Shown here piece by piece: positions 27,182 through 41,819 of a DNA stretch of 64,000 nt. This DNA is from Eledone cirrhosa. Taxonomy: Eukaryota. Within the stretch, counting starts at the first letter, position 1, and each line of letters starts with the position of its first letter. The notes under the pieces are model-generated. The model saw only the letters and a program-made list of their open reading frames with translations, had not been told where the DNA came from and made no database searches. The position numbers and the translations under genes were made by a program. Location of the stretch: assembly GCA_964016885.1 (NCBI GenBank), contig OZ024745.1:29822001-29886000 (forward strand). Reading direction: 5' to 3'.

Positions 27182-27520
27182 ATGTGTATATATATATATG
27201 TATGTATATATATATATATGTATATATGTATATATATATGTAATATAATTGAATATAAAAGAGAGATAAACACAGATATAAACATAGATGTGTTCAAATC
27301 GTAAGGGACCAGATTCTTTTATATTCAATTATATTACATGGCTCAGAAAAACCTCTTTCTTTCAGCTATTTAATTGTGAGAGACTATTTTGAGTTTCTAA
27401 CTCAATATATACCTTTGATATATATATATATATGTATACGTATAACCCATGCTAGCATGGAAGATGGACGTTAAATGATGATGATGATGATGATGATGAT
27501 GATATATATAAATATATGTA

Positions 27521-27593
<73 letters not shown>

Positions 27594-27609
27594 TGACCTT
27601 ATATTTCAG

Positions 27610-27801
27610 ATAGGTTTACCTGAACTGGTGATTAATCTAGAATGTCCTGTGAATGATGCTGTGCGGGTGTTACTGGAACGCAGTGAAATAACTGCACTCT
27701 CCATCAGCCAACTCCTAGCCATCACCAATGACATTAACTGCTACAGAAAACATACCCTGCCTGTCATATTGTATTACCAAACTATGTCCAGACTCAACAT
27801 A
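27610..27801 (+). CDS. Exon of adenylate-kinase-like gene (domain B LID region)
   Basis: atttcag/gtatga, 192 nt, phase 0/0. IGLPELVINLECPVNDAVRVLLERS...YRKHTLPVILYYQTMSRLNI resembles AK IG.P.LVL..DC...RLL.R...T.PVI.YY. Confidence 0.88.
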
Positions 27802-27859
27802 GTATGATACTTCTTTCTCTTCTAACCTACAGTATTTGTAATTCTAAGTGAAGAAATGT

Positions 27860-28320
27860 TGGATCAATGTCAGAACAATGATTTCAAATTGAGCACATGT
27901 TGGATCAAAATGAGAATAACTATTTCAATGTGAGCTCATCTAAAATCAAAGTGAGCACATATCAGATCAAAGTGAGCCCCTGTCAGATCAAAGTGAGAAT
28001 AATGATTTGAAAGTGAGCATATGTCAGATCAAAGAAAAAATAACGATTTCAAAGTGACCACATGACATATCAAAGTGAGAATGGCGATTTCAGTGGGCCC
28101 ATGTCAGATTAAAAGGAGAATAATTATTTCAAAGTAAACATGTCAGATCAAAGTGAGAATGACACTTTCAAAGGAAACACATATCTCAGATTTCAGATTT
28201 GGCACATATTAGGTCAAAGTGAAAATAGCCATTTTAAAATGAGCATGCATCATTTCAAAGTGAAACATAATCACTTCAAAGTGAGAATAACGATTTCACA
28301 GTGAACTCATGTTATTCATG
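27860..28320. repeat. Degenerate minisatellite, about 20/40 bp (ATGTCAGATCAAAGTGAG core)
   Basis: Repeated tcaaagtgag units. Confidence 0.8.
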
Positions 28321-28824
28321 TCTGCATTTAAACTTACAAATACTGCTACCATTTATGAAGTAAACGATGAATCATCATCATAATATTCATCATCATCACT
28401 ACCATCCAACCCATGGTTGCATGGGCTGGATGTGTGGTCACCAGAGGCTAAACTAATCAGGTGACCATGTGTCACTTACCAGTTCCTTTTTGGCTTGGCT
28501 TCTATGGCTGGATGTCTTTCCAAATGCCAACCACTTTACAGTGTGTATTGGGAGCATTTTATCATGACTCCAGCACAACCACCTTATTGGGTAGATTGGA
28601 TGCTTTTATTGTGGCACCAACGCTACCACCTCACAGTGTAGACTGGGTGCTTTTGTTGTGGCACCAGCCATACCACCTTACAGTGTAGACTGAGTGCCTT
28701 TTATTTTGGTACTAGCCATACCACTTTACAGTGCAGACTGGGTGAATGTTTATCATGGCTCCAGCACTGGGGAGATGTAGGCAGAAGTGAAAGTCATACG
28801 ACCATGGAAGAGAAAGCATCAAGT

Positions 28825-29120
28825 AATAGCTACTATGCTCTCAGGGCAAACTTCTCCACAGCTAATTTGGTATACCTAGGTAGCAGAACCTATCAACCAC
28901 TTTTCTGGATCCTTTTTGAGATCGGAAAAACTCATTTCACTGATGATTTTGCTACCAACTATTCCTGTACATTTGCTACATACAAATTCTTCCTTTTCTG
29001 TTAGTACACCTGCTATTCTACTACATCTTTTGTACCTAAGATTTACCTTGTGTATATCGTATAAAGTTTCTGCTTACTCCTTCTCTATACATTGGGCAAG
29101 GCCACCAGTAAGCCAGTAAG
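28825..29120 (-). mobile_element. Old degenerate RTE fragment (PHD-insert region)
   Basis: Minus-strand translation gives WPCP.YREGVSRN, KRCSRIAGVLTEKEEFVCSKC and VDRFCYLG, resembling the 14998-16221 protein. Confidence 0.6.
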
Positions 29121-29170
29121 ATTAAAACTGTCATCCTTTTATATATGTACAAAATTCATCTTTCTTCCAG

Positions 29171-29245
29171 GTGGACGCTGCTAATAAAACATTTCTTCAA
29201 GTCAACTGTGAGATCAATGATATTTTACAGAAATATGTTTTCCAT
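29171..29245 (+). CDS. Last identifiable exon of adenylate-kinase-like gene
   Basis: ttcttccag acceptor. VDAANKTFLQVNCEINDILQKYVFH is followed by a gtaagt donor at 29246; read-through would end at TGA 29276-29278. No further exon was identified. Confidence 0.8.
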
Positions 29246-29449
29246 GTAAGTTGGTATATTTCTAGTTATTGCTCTTGATAGAAGTGATGGTGGTGGTAAT
29301 AATACTAGTGCTAATGACAGTGGTAATGATGATGGTGGTGGCGCTGGTGGTGACGTTGGCGTTGTTGTATGGTGGTGGAAGAAATGGCATTGGTGTGTGT
29401 GTGTGATAGAGGTATTGTGGCGTAGTGTGCGTATGTGTAGAGGTGGGAG

Positions 29450-29641
29450 CAGAGTCGGATTTAGGACAAATAAGGCCCTGTCTTACTTACGTTATGAGGC
29501 CCCTTTGAACGTTTGACATTTGAAAAACATTTGAAAAATTCATGGTAAAAATGTTTTGGGGCAAGAAGATAGCCCCCTCCCTGCTGGCCAACGGGGCTTT
29601 GTGTTTAAGCACGTATAAGCATAATGGTTAATCTGGCACTG
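29450..29641. mobile_element. hAT-type MITE
   Basis: Imperfect TIRs CAGAGTCGGATTTA and TTAATCTGGCACTG, with a perfect 8 bp TSD GGTGGGAG. Confidence 0.82.
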
Positions 29642-30315
29642 GGTGGGAGTGAGGAAACTATTATTATTAATTTCTATTTAAGAAATCGCTAAGTCAATGT
29701 TTATGTTAACATCGGTCTAAAATAACTGGTGTTTTTGTTTATGTTCCGTAACAACTTAACAGTTGTATAAACAGAGATCGATAAAATAACCCCACACAGA
29801 ACAAAGTACTGGGATCGATATGGTTGACTGAAAACATTTAAGCTGGTGTTTCAGCATGGCCGAAAACTGATACAGAAAAATGAATATATGTGTGTGTGCG
29901 TATGTGTAAGTATATGTGTGTATGTGTATGTATGCGTGCGCGTGTGTGTATGTGTGAGTATGTGCGTGTGTATGTCTCTATATATGTGTGTGTGAGTATG
30001 TGTGTATGTATGTGTGTGTGGGGGGGGATGCAAGGCCGAATTAAATCTTATTGAAACCCTAAACACTTATAATATTATGGTGCCTCCTTCCCCACCTCCA
30101 TAAATAAATTCTCTGCAGTAACGTTATTCGATAGAGTGCGTAGCTCAGAGATCAGAGAGTCACCCCCAGGTAAAGTCGCTACTTCTCCGAATTGAGAGAT
30201 CACGGCTCCGATATTACGGACATGTAGTTAGAATGTCTCAGGAAATTATGGAATACTCAGCCACTTACATTATAATATAAGATGGGCTGTACCAAAGAGC
30301 CAGTTTTATTGCATA

Positions 30316-31215
30316 CTAGCAGTGGTACCCGGCGTTGCACGGGATAAGGTATTTTGGAAGGCGGGCCGCCAACAGACCTAATCGTGGAAAAACTGCATGT
30401 CTGGACAATATGTAAAGAAAATAAACCGAATACTCTGATAGCTGGATAAGATTTTCCTCGATGAAGTAGGAAAAATGCAGGTTTTCACCAAAATGATTTT
30501 TTTTTATGTGCATAATATGCCTTGAAATTTCGGGAAAATTTGCTAGACGTAACGCCCCCAAAAAGCCCTAAAAAGCTGAAAAAATGAAGTTTTTCACCAA
30601 ATGTGGGCCCTAGGCCATAAAAAAGTTGGGTTTTCTTTGCTCACGGTATAAAAAAGAGACTGACTAATGCATAGTTACAATTTCAAGGAAATCGGTTTGA
30701 CGTAACGCCTAAAAAAAACCCTAAAAAGCTTTAAAAACGCAGTTTTTCACCTAATGCGGGCCCTAGGAGATCAAAAAGTTGAATTCTTTTATGTGCATAA
30801 CACTCCCTGAAACATAAGTAATACACATGTAAAGTTTGAAAAAAATCGGTTGGGTACTTCTCGAGTTTTAGGGATTCAAACTCACAGACACACACACAAA
30901 CAGAAAAAGACATCCTCAGGGAAGAGACGTAATGCAGACAGCCAGACATACAGACAGATATTATAAGGGCACGACGTTATATGTATGTATCTATCTAAAA
31001 AGAGAAAGACTAAGAATTATAGAGAGAGATCGTTAAATCGCCTAATGCGGTCCCTGGGGCATAGAAAATTTGAAATTTCTTTTCCTCAGAACACTCCCTG
31101 AAACATAAGTATTACATATATAAAGTTTGAAAACAGTTGGTTGGGTGGTTCTCGAGTTTTAGGGATTCAAACTCACACACACACAGACAGACATCCTCAG
31201 TTTTATATATAAAGA
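30316..31215 (-). mobile_element. Non-autonomous Helitron-like element
   Basis: Minus strand starts TCTTTATATATAAAAC plus (TGTC)n and ends CCCGTGCAACGCCGGG hairpin...CTAG. It is inserted at A|T without TSD and has internal duplications. Confidence 0.8.
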
Positions 31216-31381
31216 TTGTGTGAATATCCCTGAGAATTGTGTGATTGCTTAACTACAGACCCTATTAGTACAAAATGGACTGTACCTGTAACTACACGGT
31301 ATGAAGCTGAATTTCCCTACGAAACACCTTATAGATACAAGCTGGAATAATATATATATTTTTATATTTGAAAACGAAGTT

Positions 31382-31420
<39 letters not shown>

Positions 31421-31424
<4 letters not shown>

Positions 31425-31636
31425 AAAAAGTATGACCCTGACGGCAGAGCTCAAGCCGTTTCGACGGCTATTTCCTCAGAATGACAAGGGCCGTATATGA
31501 GTCCAGAAATAGCCGTCGAAACGGCTTGAGCTCTGCCGTCGGGGTCATACTTTTTCCTATTTCCCACTCTACTACCCTAAGTATTGAGTACTCTGGTGCG
31601 TTGTGGTCCATCTGGTTCCTTACCACAATTCCTTTG

Positions 31637-31640
<4 letters not shown>
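31421..31640. repeat. Short repeat family with partial terminal inversion (also about 17105-17215, 23805-23945, 25415-25655)
   Basis: Shared accctaagtattgagtactctggtgcgttgtggtccatctggttcctta. It carries a hammerhead 3' half, GAAA-CGGC..GCCG-TC. Confidence 0.8.
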
Positions 31641-31690
<50 letters not shown>

Positions 31691-32454
31691 CTGTATATCT
31701 GTATATCTGTGTGTGTTTGTATATACATATCTATAAATAGGGAGGGGTGAGAAATACGCCTCTACATGCATACATAGAAACGCATTAAAGAAGAGAGGGA
31801 GAGGGCGTGTGCGACAACTAGAAAGAGAGGAAGAGTATGTGTGTGTGTGTGTGTGTGTGCGCGCGTTTTGATTAAATAGTTAACATTCTTCCCTGTAAAT
31901 TAATATGGAATAATATATTGAGTAAATAAATATGGTGAGATTGGTATAACTGAAATTTAGAGGGAAAATGTAAACATTATATACATACATGTGTTGAATT
32001 GGCAGTATCGGTAGAGGGTCGGACGCCGTGCTTTCTAGCGTAGTTATGTCCCTTTATGATCTGAGTTCAAATCCCGCCGAGGTTAACTTTGCCTTTCATC
32101 CTTACGGGATAAAATAAAGTACCAGTAATGTACTGGTTAATTGCTAGCCTTGTGCCAAAAAGTAGAAACAATTATATATACATGTGTGTGTGTGTGCGTT
32201 TTGTGTTTGTGTGTGTGAGTGTTTCGTGTTTGTGTGCGTGCACGTGTGTTAAAGAATTACTATACAATGATGCTGACAGAGAATTTCCTTTTGGCCTACA
32301 AGACAGAATGAAGATGCATGACTCTAGTGGTTAGGGTGTTCCACTCATAATTGAAAGGTTGTGAGTTCGATACCCCACAGCGCAAGACACTTTGTTTCAC
32401 ATTGCTCCATTCCACTCAGCTGGCATAATGGCCTGTACATAATGATCTGTAATC

Positions 32455-32615
32455 CAGACCTGCCAACCTCTAAAAACCCAAGCGGGGAGTACCATGGAAA
32501 AAAAGTGTCCCCAACATAATGAAAGCTATACTCATTTTCACAAGAGAATACATCTCTGACCCACCTCAATATGGGTGGGAGGTCTCCCGTCGGACAGGGA
32601 GCGTTGACAGGTCTG
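32455..32615. mobile_element. Probable MITE
   Basis: TIRs CAGACCTGCCAAC and GTTGACAGGTCTG; no clear TSD. Confidence 0.55.
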
Positions 32616-34073
32616 AATGTGCTGAGTCATGCTTTCCTCTTTGTTGTCTCGTCTTCGGGAGTTTAAACGGAGAATCAGTTTGGCGATAAAGTCTCATCCA
32701 TTTACAGTTGAAGTTCTTAAATGTAATCGTAAATTCTATTCTGACAAAGTTTCTTCCCTTGTACATCTCACCTATGGAACTCTCTTTTGGTGTCTTGCTT
32801 TCCTGACCAATACAATTTGCAAAATTTCAAAAGCAACATCAATCGTCATCTTCTCTACTCTTGAATTATGTTCTCAGTCTTGTCCTTTTCTCTTCTCAGT
32901 AACCATTTGCATTTTGGTGGCTTTATTGCCTTGATTGGGGTGAGTAAATTCAAAAGGAATCTTCCTGAGAAATCCGTACACGCATCTGTGGATTGTTCTA
33001 GAACACTTTTCCTTCAACTTTCATACAGATTCCCTACCAAACAAAGTCTCGGTTGGACTCTTCAGCTGTGTCAAAGACATGACAACTTCCCTTGTGCTAG
33101 AGCCACGATAAAATACACACCTTAAAGCTCGGGATATAAGTGAGATGTAGGCCCCTGTCGCGTCAAAGGGGTCTGTAGCTAGCAGGGAAAAATGTATGTT
33201 AAATGATGATATAAATCTATATATCTATGCAGCTCCGTGTGTGTCTGTGTATGTGAATTATATAGTAATAATAATAAATGTGAAGACTAAAATCCGAAGA
33301 GGGCTCGATAAGGATAATATATATATGAATATATGTAAAATTCCTAGAGCAAATATTTTTGCGAGGATAATTACGTCGTTGCTTGAAATTGTTCTCATCG
33401 CTCCACATAACGGCGTAATTCTCTTCGCTTTTTTTCGTTCATTGCCAGAGAACGTCTTCACGAACGCCATTTTAATTTTATTTATTTATTTATTTAGTTA
33501 GTTAGTTATTTAAATAAACACTGATTGCCAAATAAATTAACTATGGAGATATAAAAGATACAGAAGCGAAAACCAACCAAACAGTGAGTGTGTTCTGTTA
33601 TTATTTCTGGCAATATTATTACAACAATATGACCCTCCCCAAGTATAACAATATTTGTTTCGACACACGATTTCATATCAAAAACCTTGCAAAACATATA
33701 TATATATATATAAGTAGAAGGAATATTCAATTTGTTGGTAATTCAACAAATATAAATGTTTATAACTGATTCAGAGCACTCGACAAGTTTTCTGGAGTAT
33801 AATATTCAATGATATTAAATAAATGGAAACTATATTTATAAAACCATATTTATTCTATTTCATGGTACCAATACTTTGGTACGCTATCATCAGATAAAAT
33901 ACGAAGTGCGTTTTATAAATTTTGACATAACCAAAGAAAATATACCTTAACGGTTCAAGTTTTCCTGGGAAAACTTGAATCGTTTTGGTACCCTTGAAAT
34001 ATATATAATAGAATAAATATGGTTTTATAAATATAGTTTCCATTTATTTAATATCATTGCGCGCGCGCGCACA

Positions 34074-34140
<67 letters not shown>

Positions 34141-34256
34141 CGAGTGGTGAAACATTTAAATGTTACTTCAGGTAATAAATATTTATACGCTACATACATA
34201 TATGTATGTATCTCTAAGTATGTGAATATATACATACATATATATGTATGTATATA

Positions 34257-35527
34257 CAGGGGTTGGACAAAATAATGGAAACACCTTAAAATCTCAAACA
34301 AATTTATTTTAATAAGGAGTAGGACCGCCTTTGGCAGTAATTACAGCTTGAATTCTACGAGGTATGGACTCGTACAAAGTTTGAATTGTGTCCAAAGGAA
34401 TTTTTGTCCATTCTTCAGCTAAAACAGTATCCAGTTCTTGTAGTGATGATGGTGGAGGATATCGACTCCTTACTTGTTTTTCTAAAAAGCACCATAAATG
34501 TTCAATAATATTGAGATCTGGGGACTGTGGTGGCCAGATAAGATGTTCAACTTCACTAGAATGTTCCTCGTGCCATTCAGTAACAACTTCAGCTGTGTGA
34601 ATTGGTGCTTTATCATCCTGAAAGATTGCGTTTCCCTCCGGAAACAGTTCCGCAACTATAGGCTGAATTTGATCAGATAAAATGCTTAAATAGTCTTGAC
34701 TATTAATTCTGCCATGAAGGGAAACCATTGGGCCGGCGGATTTCCAAAATATAGCCCCCCAGATCATCACAGATCCTCTTCCATGTTTAACAGTTGGAAG
34801 AAGGCAGTCTGGGTCAAATGCTTCTTTTGGCTGTCTCCACACATATACTCGGCCGGTGGTCGGAAATAAGGTAAAGGATGACTCGTCCGAGAAAATAACA
34901 TTCTTCCACTGCTCTAGGGACCAATTCTGTAGGTTTTTACTCCACTCTAAACGCTTTGCAACGTTTGTTTTTGAAAGTAGTGGTTTTCTGATTGCAGCCC
35001 TCTCGTGAAATCCGGCTTTGTGCAGCTCCCGGCGAACAGTTTTTGTGGAAACTGGGTTCTCGGGGTGGTAATTAAGCTCTGCAGTAATTTTGGGAGCTGT
35101 ACTTTTGTGATCCTTTCTAACAATTCGCGTAAGAGTCCGACGGTCCCTATCTGAAAGTTTTGGTTTTCTTCCGGAGTTTTGTTTTGACGAGGAGGTTTTT
35201 CCCTCTTTCTCAAAGGCTGTCATTACTTTTGAGACAGTACTTCTTGATACACCAAACATTTCGGCTGTTTTCGTTACGCTAGCGCCTGCCATACGAGCAC
35301 CAACAATTTGACCTCTTTGAAAGTCCGATAGATCTGTCATTTTAATGAATTTTAATTAACTATTTCTGATGATATCTGATAAGAAACAGCAATGTTAACA
35401 AAACATTAAGCAACACTAATAATAAATAAAAAAACGTAAAAATAAACAAGCTTTTGAAGGTTTTATAGATATTTCAAAATTATGATGCTATGATGCTAGG
35501 TGTATCCATTATTTTGTCCAACCCCTG
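34257..35527 (-). mobile_element. Full-length Tc1-like transposon, DD36E spacing
   Basis: About 30 bp TIRs CAGGGGTTGGACAAAATAATGGA(A/T)ACACCT, TA flanks, 1271 bp. Confidence 0.96.
34309..35340 (-). CDS. Tc1-like transposase, 343 aa, uninterrupted ORF
   Basis: HTH region, GRKP, FSDES, QDDKAPIH and SPDLNIIEHLW; 36 residues between the second D and the E. Confidence 0.93.
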   Translation of the reverse strand: MTDLSDFQRGQIVGARMAGASVTKTAEMFGVSRSTVSKVMTAFEKEGKTSSSKQNSGRKPKLSDRDRRTLTRIVRKDHKSTAPKITAELNYHPENPVSTKTVRRELHKAGFHERAAIRKPLLSKTNVAKRLEWSKNLQNWSLEQWKNVIFSDESSFTLFPTTGRVYVWRQPKEAFDPDCLLPTVKHGRGSVMIWGAIFWKSAGPMVSLHGRINSQDYLSILSDQIQPIVAELFPEGNAIFQDDKAPIHTAEVVTEWHEEHSSEVEHLIWPPQSPDLNIIEHLWCFLEKQVRSRYPPPSSLQELDTVLAEEWTKIPLDTIQTLYESIPRRIQAVITAKGGPTPY

Positions 35528-35797
35528 TATATATACAAAGACATGACAACCTCCCTTCCACGGACTTGTTTCCCCTCTTCCTATCTTTCCGTTGCATTAC
35601 CATCTTTGTTTGTTTACATGTCTCGCTCGCTTCACTTTATTTTACGTGTCCCAATAACTTTCTTTAGTTATTGCTCGCACCAACCTGAGGTATATGATCT
35701 TTAAAGCGAAGAAATACCAATAAAGGCTGGAAGATCACTGATCAGGGACTAATTTTATTCATATGTAACCCATGTGCGATCATGCAGCACGCCATGT

Positions 35798-35941
<144 letters not shown>

Positions 35942-35971
35942 AGATCAAAAGATGGTTAAAAGAGTTCCAAG

Positions 35972-36042
35972 TATTTTATTATGCGCATTTCAAAAACAAA
36001 TATCATCATGGGATGATATCTGAGTTCTCATCAGATAAAATA
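35972..36042 (-). ncRNA. Minimal type I hammerhead in PLE terminal repeat
   Basis: TATTTTAT-CTGATGA-long stem II (ATATCATC ccat GATGATAT)-GAAA-TGCGCA-TA-ATAAAATA. Confidence 0.78.
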
Positions 36043-37032
36043 GGGATACATGATATGAAGGTTAAAAAACACTTGTGAATAGTGGAGTTTTAAATCAACA
36101 TATGAAAAATAATTTAAGATTGATGTATGAGATTGGGAGAAAGTGAGGGGGGGGGGGAGATAAGGAAGAGGAGGAGATGAGAGTAAAGAATGGTGGGGGA
36201 GGAGTATAAGAAGGAAGGGTGATAGAGGAGGATAGATGGGTGACAGAGAGAGAGAGAGAGATAGCCTTTACAACTGAGAAAAAAATATATATCGTCTCAC
36301 AGAGAGAAATTAAAAAGCCGTTGGAAGATAATAGATAATTTAAAAGAATTTGAAATTAAAAGTTAATGAGGTTTATGCATGAAGAGAAAAAAGAATTAAG
36401 AATAATATTAAATTAAGGTTTGTATATTGAAGGGTTTAAGTTTGTTTTTATGTAATGTAATATGTGTACGTAAATAGTTTGTTTTAAAATGAGCGCAGAA
36501 GGCAAAGAAGAAAATAATGTTTAAGGAAGAAAATATCTAACATCAAAAAATATAAATGTTTACGAAATATTTTCTAATGGTAATAATATAATATATTAAA
36601 ATAAATTAGTTAGGGTTTAAGTTTGTTTTTATGTATTGTAATATGTAAAAGCGAGCATGAAAGGATGGATGAGATAAGAGAAATTTAAGGAAGGAAGATC
36701 TAACGTCAAAAAAATTTGTTTACGAAGGACTACTAAAGGTAATACTATAATGTATTAAAAAAATAATAATTTTTATGGCCAATGATATGAAGAAAGAGGG
36801 AAGAATGGATAATGTTGTGGTGAGTAATAATAAGAATTGAGAAGTAGTTAGGAAGAAAAGGTACAGATTAGAGGTTAGAAATTAAAAAGAAAAGAGGAAG
36901 AAAGGAAAAAGATAAAGAGGAATGATATAGAATGAGAAAATTGTATTATATAATATATAATAAATAATATTGAAATAAGGTAGAAAGATGGGTATATTTT
37001 TAAAAGGGATTTTAAACTAGTAAGGTATTAGA

Positions 37033-38451
37033 TTATACTTTATGGAATGTTCTGTGGAATTTATGCAAGCAGAGAGAAAATAAATCCGTGCGTCTATTTA
37101 TTATAGAATTTAAATTAGATATAACGGTAAATTTCTCAGCTAGGCAAAGATTACATGTTCTGGATAAGGAGGCATTTAAGTAAGGAGAGGCAGAACAAAC
37201 TTTTCTCCAAGAGATGTCATAGTTAATATTTTTGTCTTTCAAGGACCATATGAGTTCCGAGAGTGCCATGTTAGTTCTTTTAAGTTGGTATTTAAAAGAC
37301 GAATTGTGATTATAAAATTTAGCTTTGAAGGAGGTGGAAGTGGAACCGAAATAGGTAAAGGAATTGGTATCAGTTATAACCTTACATTCATAGACTAAGT
37401 TTTTATCACGACAATGGTTAAGAGGACATTTAGTTCTAACAGGGCAATTACAATTACGATTAGAGAAATTAACAGAGTTATTAACAGGTGACCTAGTGTT
37501 ATTTATAGGAGGAATTGGATTGGAGAAGTTATTTACGATAGGAATAATAGTTTCCTGATTTAGATTGGTATTATGAACATTCAACGAAGTTACGTTTGAC
37601 GTCGTATTTAAGTGTACAGAATCTAGCCTAGAGTTAACAATGACGTCGGGAGTACTACTGCTATTAATATGACGCTCAGTGTTGGAAGGATGTGATTTAA
37701 TATTTAATATTTTATTGTTGTGTTTAGAGATAATGTTAAAGATGTTGGAAGAGGTGGAATAAGAAAATGTTATTGTATGTTTGTTAAAGATTTTACTATA
37801 GATATGTAAAGGAGGGAAGCATTTATCTAAGGCCCTAAAGAATAGTTTAGGAATATTATTATTAATAGAAATAGAGAAAGGAGCATTATACCAGATTATA
37901 TTTTTGTATCTAGGTCTTTTATTTAAGTTATTGGAATGTTCATAATTAATTATTTTACTGTAAGACCGTCTAGGATTGGTTTCTTTACTGTATTTAATTT
38001 TATCAGGATAACCGGCTTTAGAAAGCGCATTATTATAGTAATTGGCGTTAGCATCGAAGATATTTTTATTAGAGGATAGGTTTGATATTCTTTTTCCAAT
38101 ATTACTGACTATAGCATTTTTAATGTTAGTGGGGTGGTTAGATTTAAAATTAACATAATTTAGATTCTTATTGTTTTTATGGTATAGGCCAGTGTTAAGA
38201 TTAAGGGATATATCCAAGAAGTTAGCTAGTTTGACGTTGTTATCAAATTCAATTTTAAGGTTATGTTGCTTAAAGAGATCACGTATATTGTTCTTAATAA
38301 TATTAAGGTTAACTAAGTTGCAATTTAAGATAGTAAAAAGTCCATCGTCACGATAAATTCCACCGCGAAGTTGAGGAATTTTCCGATTTAAAGAATTCAA
38401 AATAAAAATACCAATCAAATCAGTCAATTGCGATGAATCGGAAGCACCCAT
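37033..38451 (-). pseudogene. Truncated PLE ORF (C-terminal RT, thumb, zinc finger, GIY-YIG endonuclease), 472 codons open
   Basis: DITMGASDS, YRDDGL, FLDISL, IIWYNAPFS, CNC...CPL..C, LVYECKV...YFGST, CNLCLAEK, NRR...CLH. Confidence 0.88.
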
Positions 38452-39175
38452 TGTGATATCACAATGGGTGCTTATATAATATTATATTATTATATTATTA
38501 CCATTAGAAAATATTTCGTAAACATATATATTTTTTGATGTTAGATATTTTCTTCCTTAAACATTATTTTCTTCTTTGCCTTCTGCGCTCATTTTAAAAC
38601 AAACTATTTACGTACACATATTACATTACATAAAAACAAACTTAAACCCTAACTATATACAAACCTCTAAATTCATAACTCATTCATTCTTCTCCTTCTT
38701 TTCACATTATATCCTTAATAACATTAATATTTCAATTTTAATAATACATATTAATAATTTCTTTTCCTCGCACATATTATTAAACCCTTCAATATACAAA
38801 CCTTAATTTAATATTATTCTTAATTCTTTTTTCTCTTCATGCATAAACCTCATTAACTTTTAATTTCAAATTCTTTTAAATTATCTATTATCTTCCAACG
38901 GCTTTTTAATTTCTCTCTGTGAGACAATATATATATTTTTCTCAGTTGTAAAGGCTATCTCTCTCTCTCTCTATCACCCATCTCTCCTCCTCTCTCATCC
39001 TTCCTTCTTATATTCCTCCCCCACCATTCTTTACTCTCATCTCCTCCTCTTCCTTACCTTTCCAATCCCCCTCACTTTTTCCCAATCTCATACATCAATC
39101 TTAAATTATTTTTCATATGTTGATTTAAAACTTCACTATTCACAAGTGTTTTTTAAGCTTCATATCATGTATCCC

Positions 39176-39246
39176 TATTTTATCTGATGAGAACGCAAAT
39201 ATCATCCCATGATGATATTTGTTTTTGAAATGCGCATAATAAAATA
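39176..39246 (+). ncRNA. Minimal type I hammerhead in inverted PLE terminal repeat
   Basis: Same motif as 35972-36042 on the opposite strand. Confidence 0.78.
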
Positions 39247-39329
39247 CTTGGAACTCTTTTAACCATCTCTTTTGATCTTATATTATATATACTCCAGTCC
39301 TACAAACTCACTCCTACACACACACACAT

Positions 39330-40606
<1,277 letters not shown>

Positions 40607-41054
40607 TAAATAGATATAGATATCTTTATAGACATTCATGCATATTTGCACGTATATTATACACTTATATACACACATACACACAGTGATTAGGGTGTTG
40701 GGCTGTCGATCGTATGACCATGAGTTCGAATCCCGGACTTATCATTGCGTTGTGCCCTTGAGTAAGACACTATATTTCACTTTCTTATGTATGGTTTTGT
40801 TCTAAGTATAATTCTGAAACATGTTATTAGTTTATATTTTATGTCTGATGTGGCGTGTAACTAGAGATTCTGATTGAGTTGAGGCATATGGACAATATTT
40901 GTTTTAGTTTGTGGGTTGCGTCTGTTTGGAGTCACTTTCTATGTGTTTTGCGTTAGGGAAATTAAAGTTTGTATGTGTGTATGTATGTATGTATATATAT
41001 ATGTATGTATGTACGTATGTATGTGTGTGTGTATATATATATACATATATATAT

Positions 41055-41112
<58 letters not shown>

Positions 41113-41273
41113 GAGAGAGAGGGTAACGTTACTTTTTACAGTGAACGCTATGATTATCTTCAAAGAGTTGAAACCGGTTGGTTTAATTGTATCTGATATT
41201 ACTTATTTCTAGCCTTCTATATATGTTTCCTGTGCATGTTATATATATATAATATATATATATATATATAAAC

Positions 41274-41598
41274 GTAGATGTCCCCCAGTGTTCGCGGGAC
41301 TTACGTACCTAGAGCACCCACAAAGAGCGAAAAACCGCGAATATTGGACGTGGTCCTTAAAAATGCCTGTAAATGTCAAAATATAACGTAAAATATAGGC
41401 CGGCAATCACGGTATATTGTTATTAATAATTTAGCGTTAAAATGCGTGAAAAAAATATATATTACCACGAAAAAAACCCATAAAAAGTCGCTGAAGATAT
41501 TTACGATTTCGCATATATACGCGGTGGTTTCCACAGACAATATGTAGGTTCTAAGGAAAATCCCGCGAATAACTGGGATCGCGAATGGCGGGGTACAC
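41274..41598. mobile_element. Probable pogo/Tigger-like MITE
   Basis: CpG-rich, with sub-terminal inverted TTCGCGGGA and TCCCGCGAA motifs, inside (TA)n. Confidence 0.5.
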
Positions 41599-41599
41599 T

Positions 41600-41670
<71 letters not shown>

Positions 41671-41819
41671 TAGAAGGGATATTTAATTTGTTGGAAATCT
41701 GACAAATATAAATGTTTATAACTGATTCAGAGCACTCCACAGATTTTCTGGAGTAAATATTCAATGATATTAAATAAATGGAAACTATATTTATAAAACC
41801 ATATTTATTTTATTATATA

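Noticed and set aside
27860-28320. CRISPR-like regular repeats (also 63230-64000)
   Set aside because: Eukaryotic minisatellites with no unique spacers and no cas genes.
32620-33060. Non-repetitive stretch that might be a decayed transposase or exon
   Set aside because: Stops in the plausible frames and no recognisable motif.
37033-38451. Selenocysteine recoding, reported for some Naiad elements
   Set aside because: The ORF has no in-frame TGA, and its Cys motifs use normal codons.
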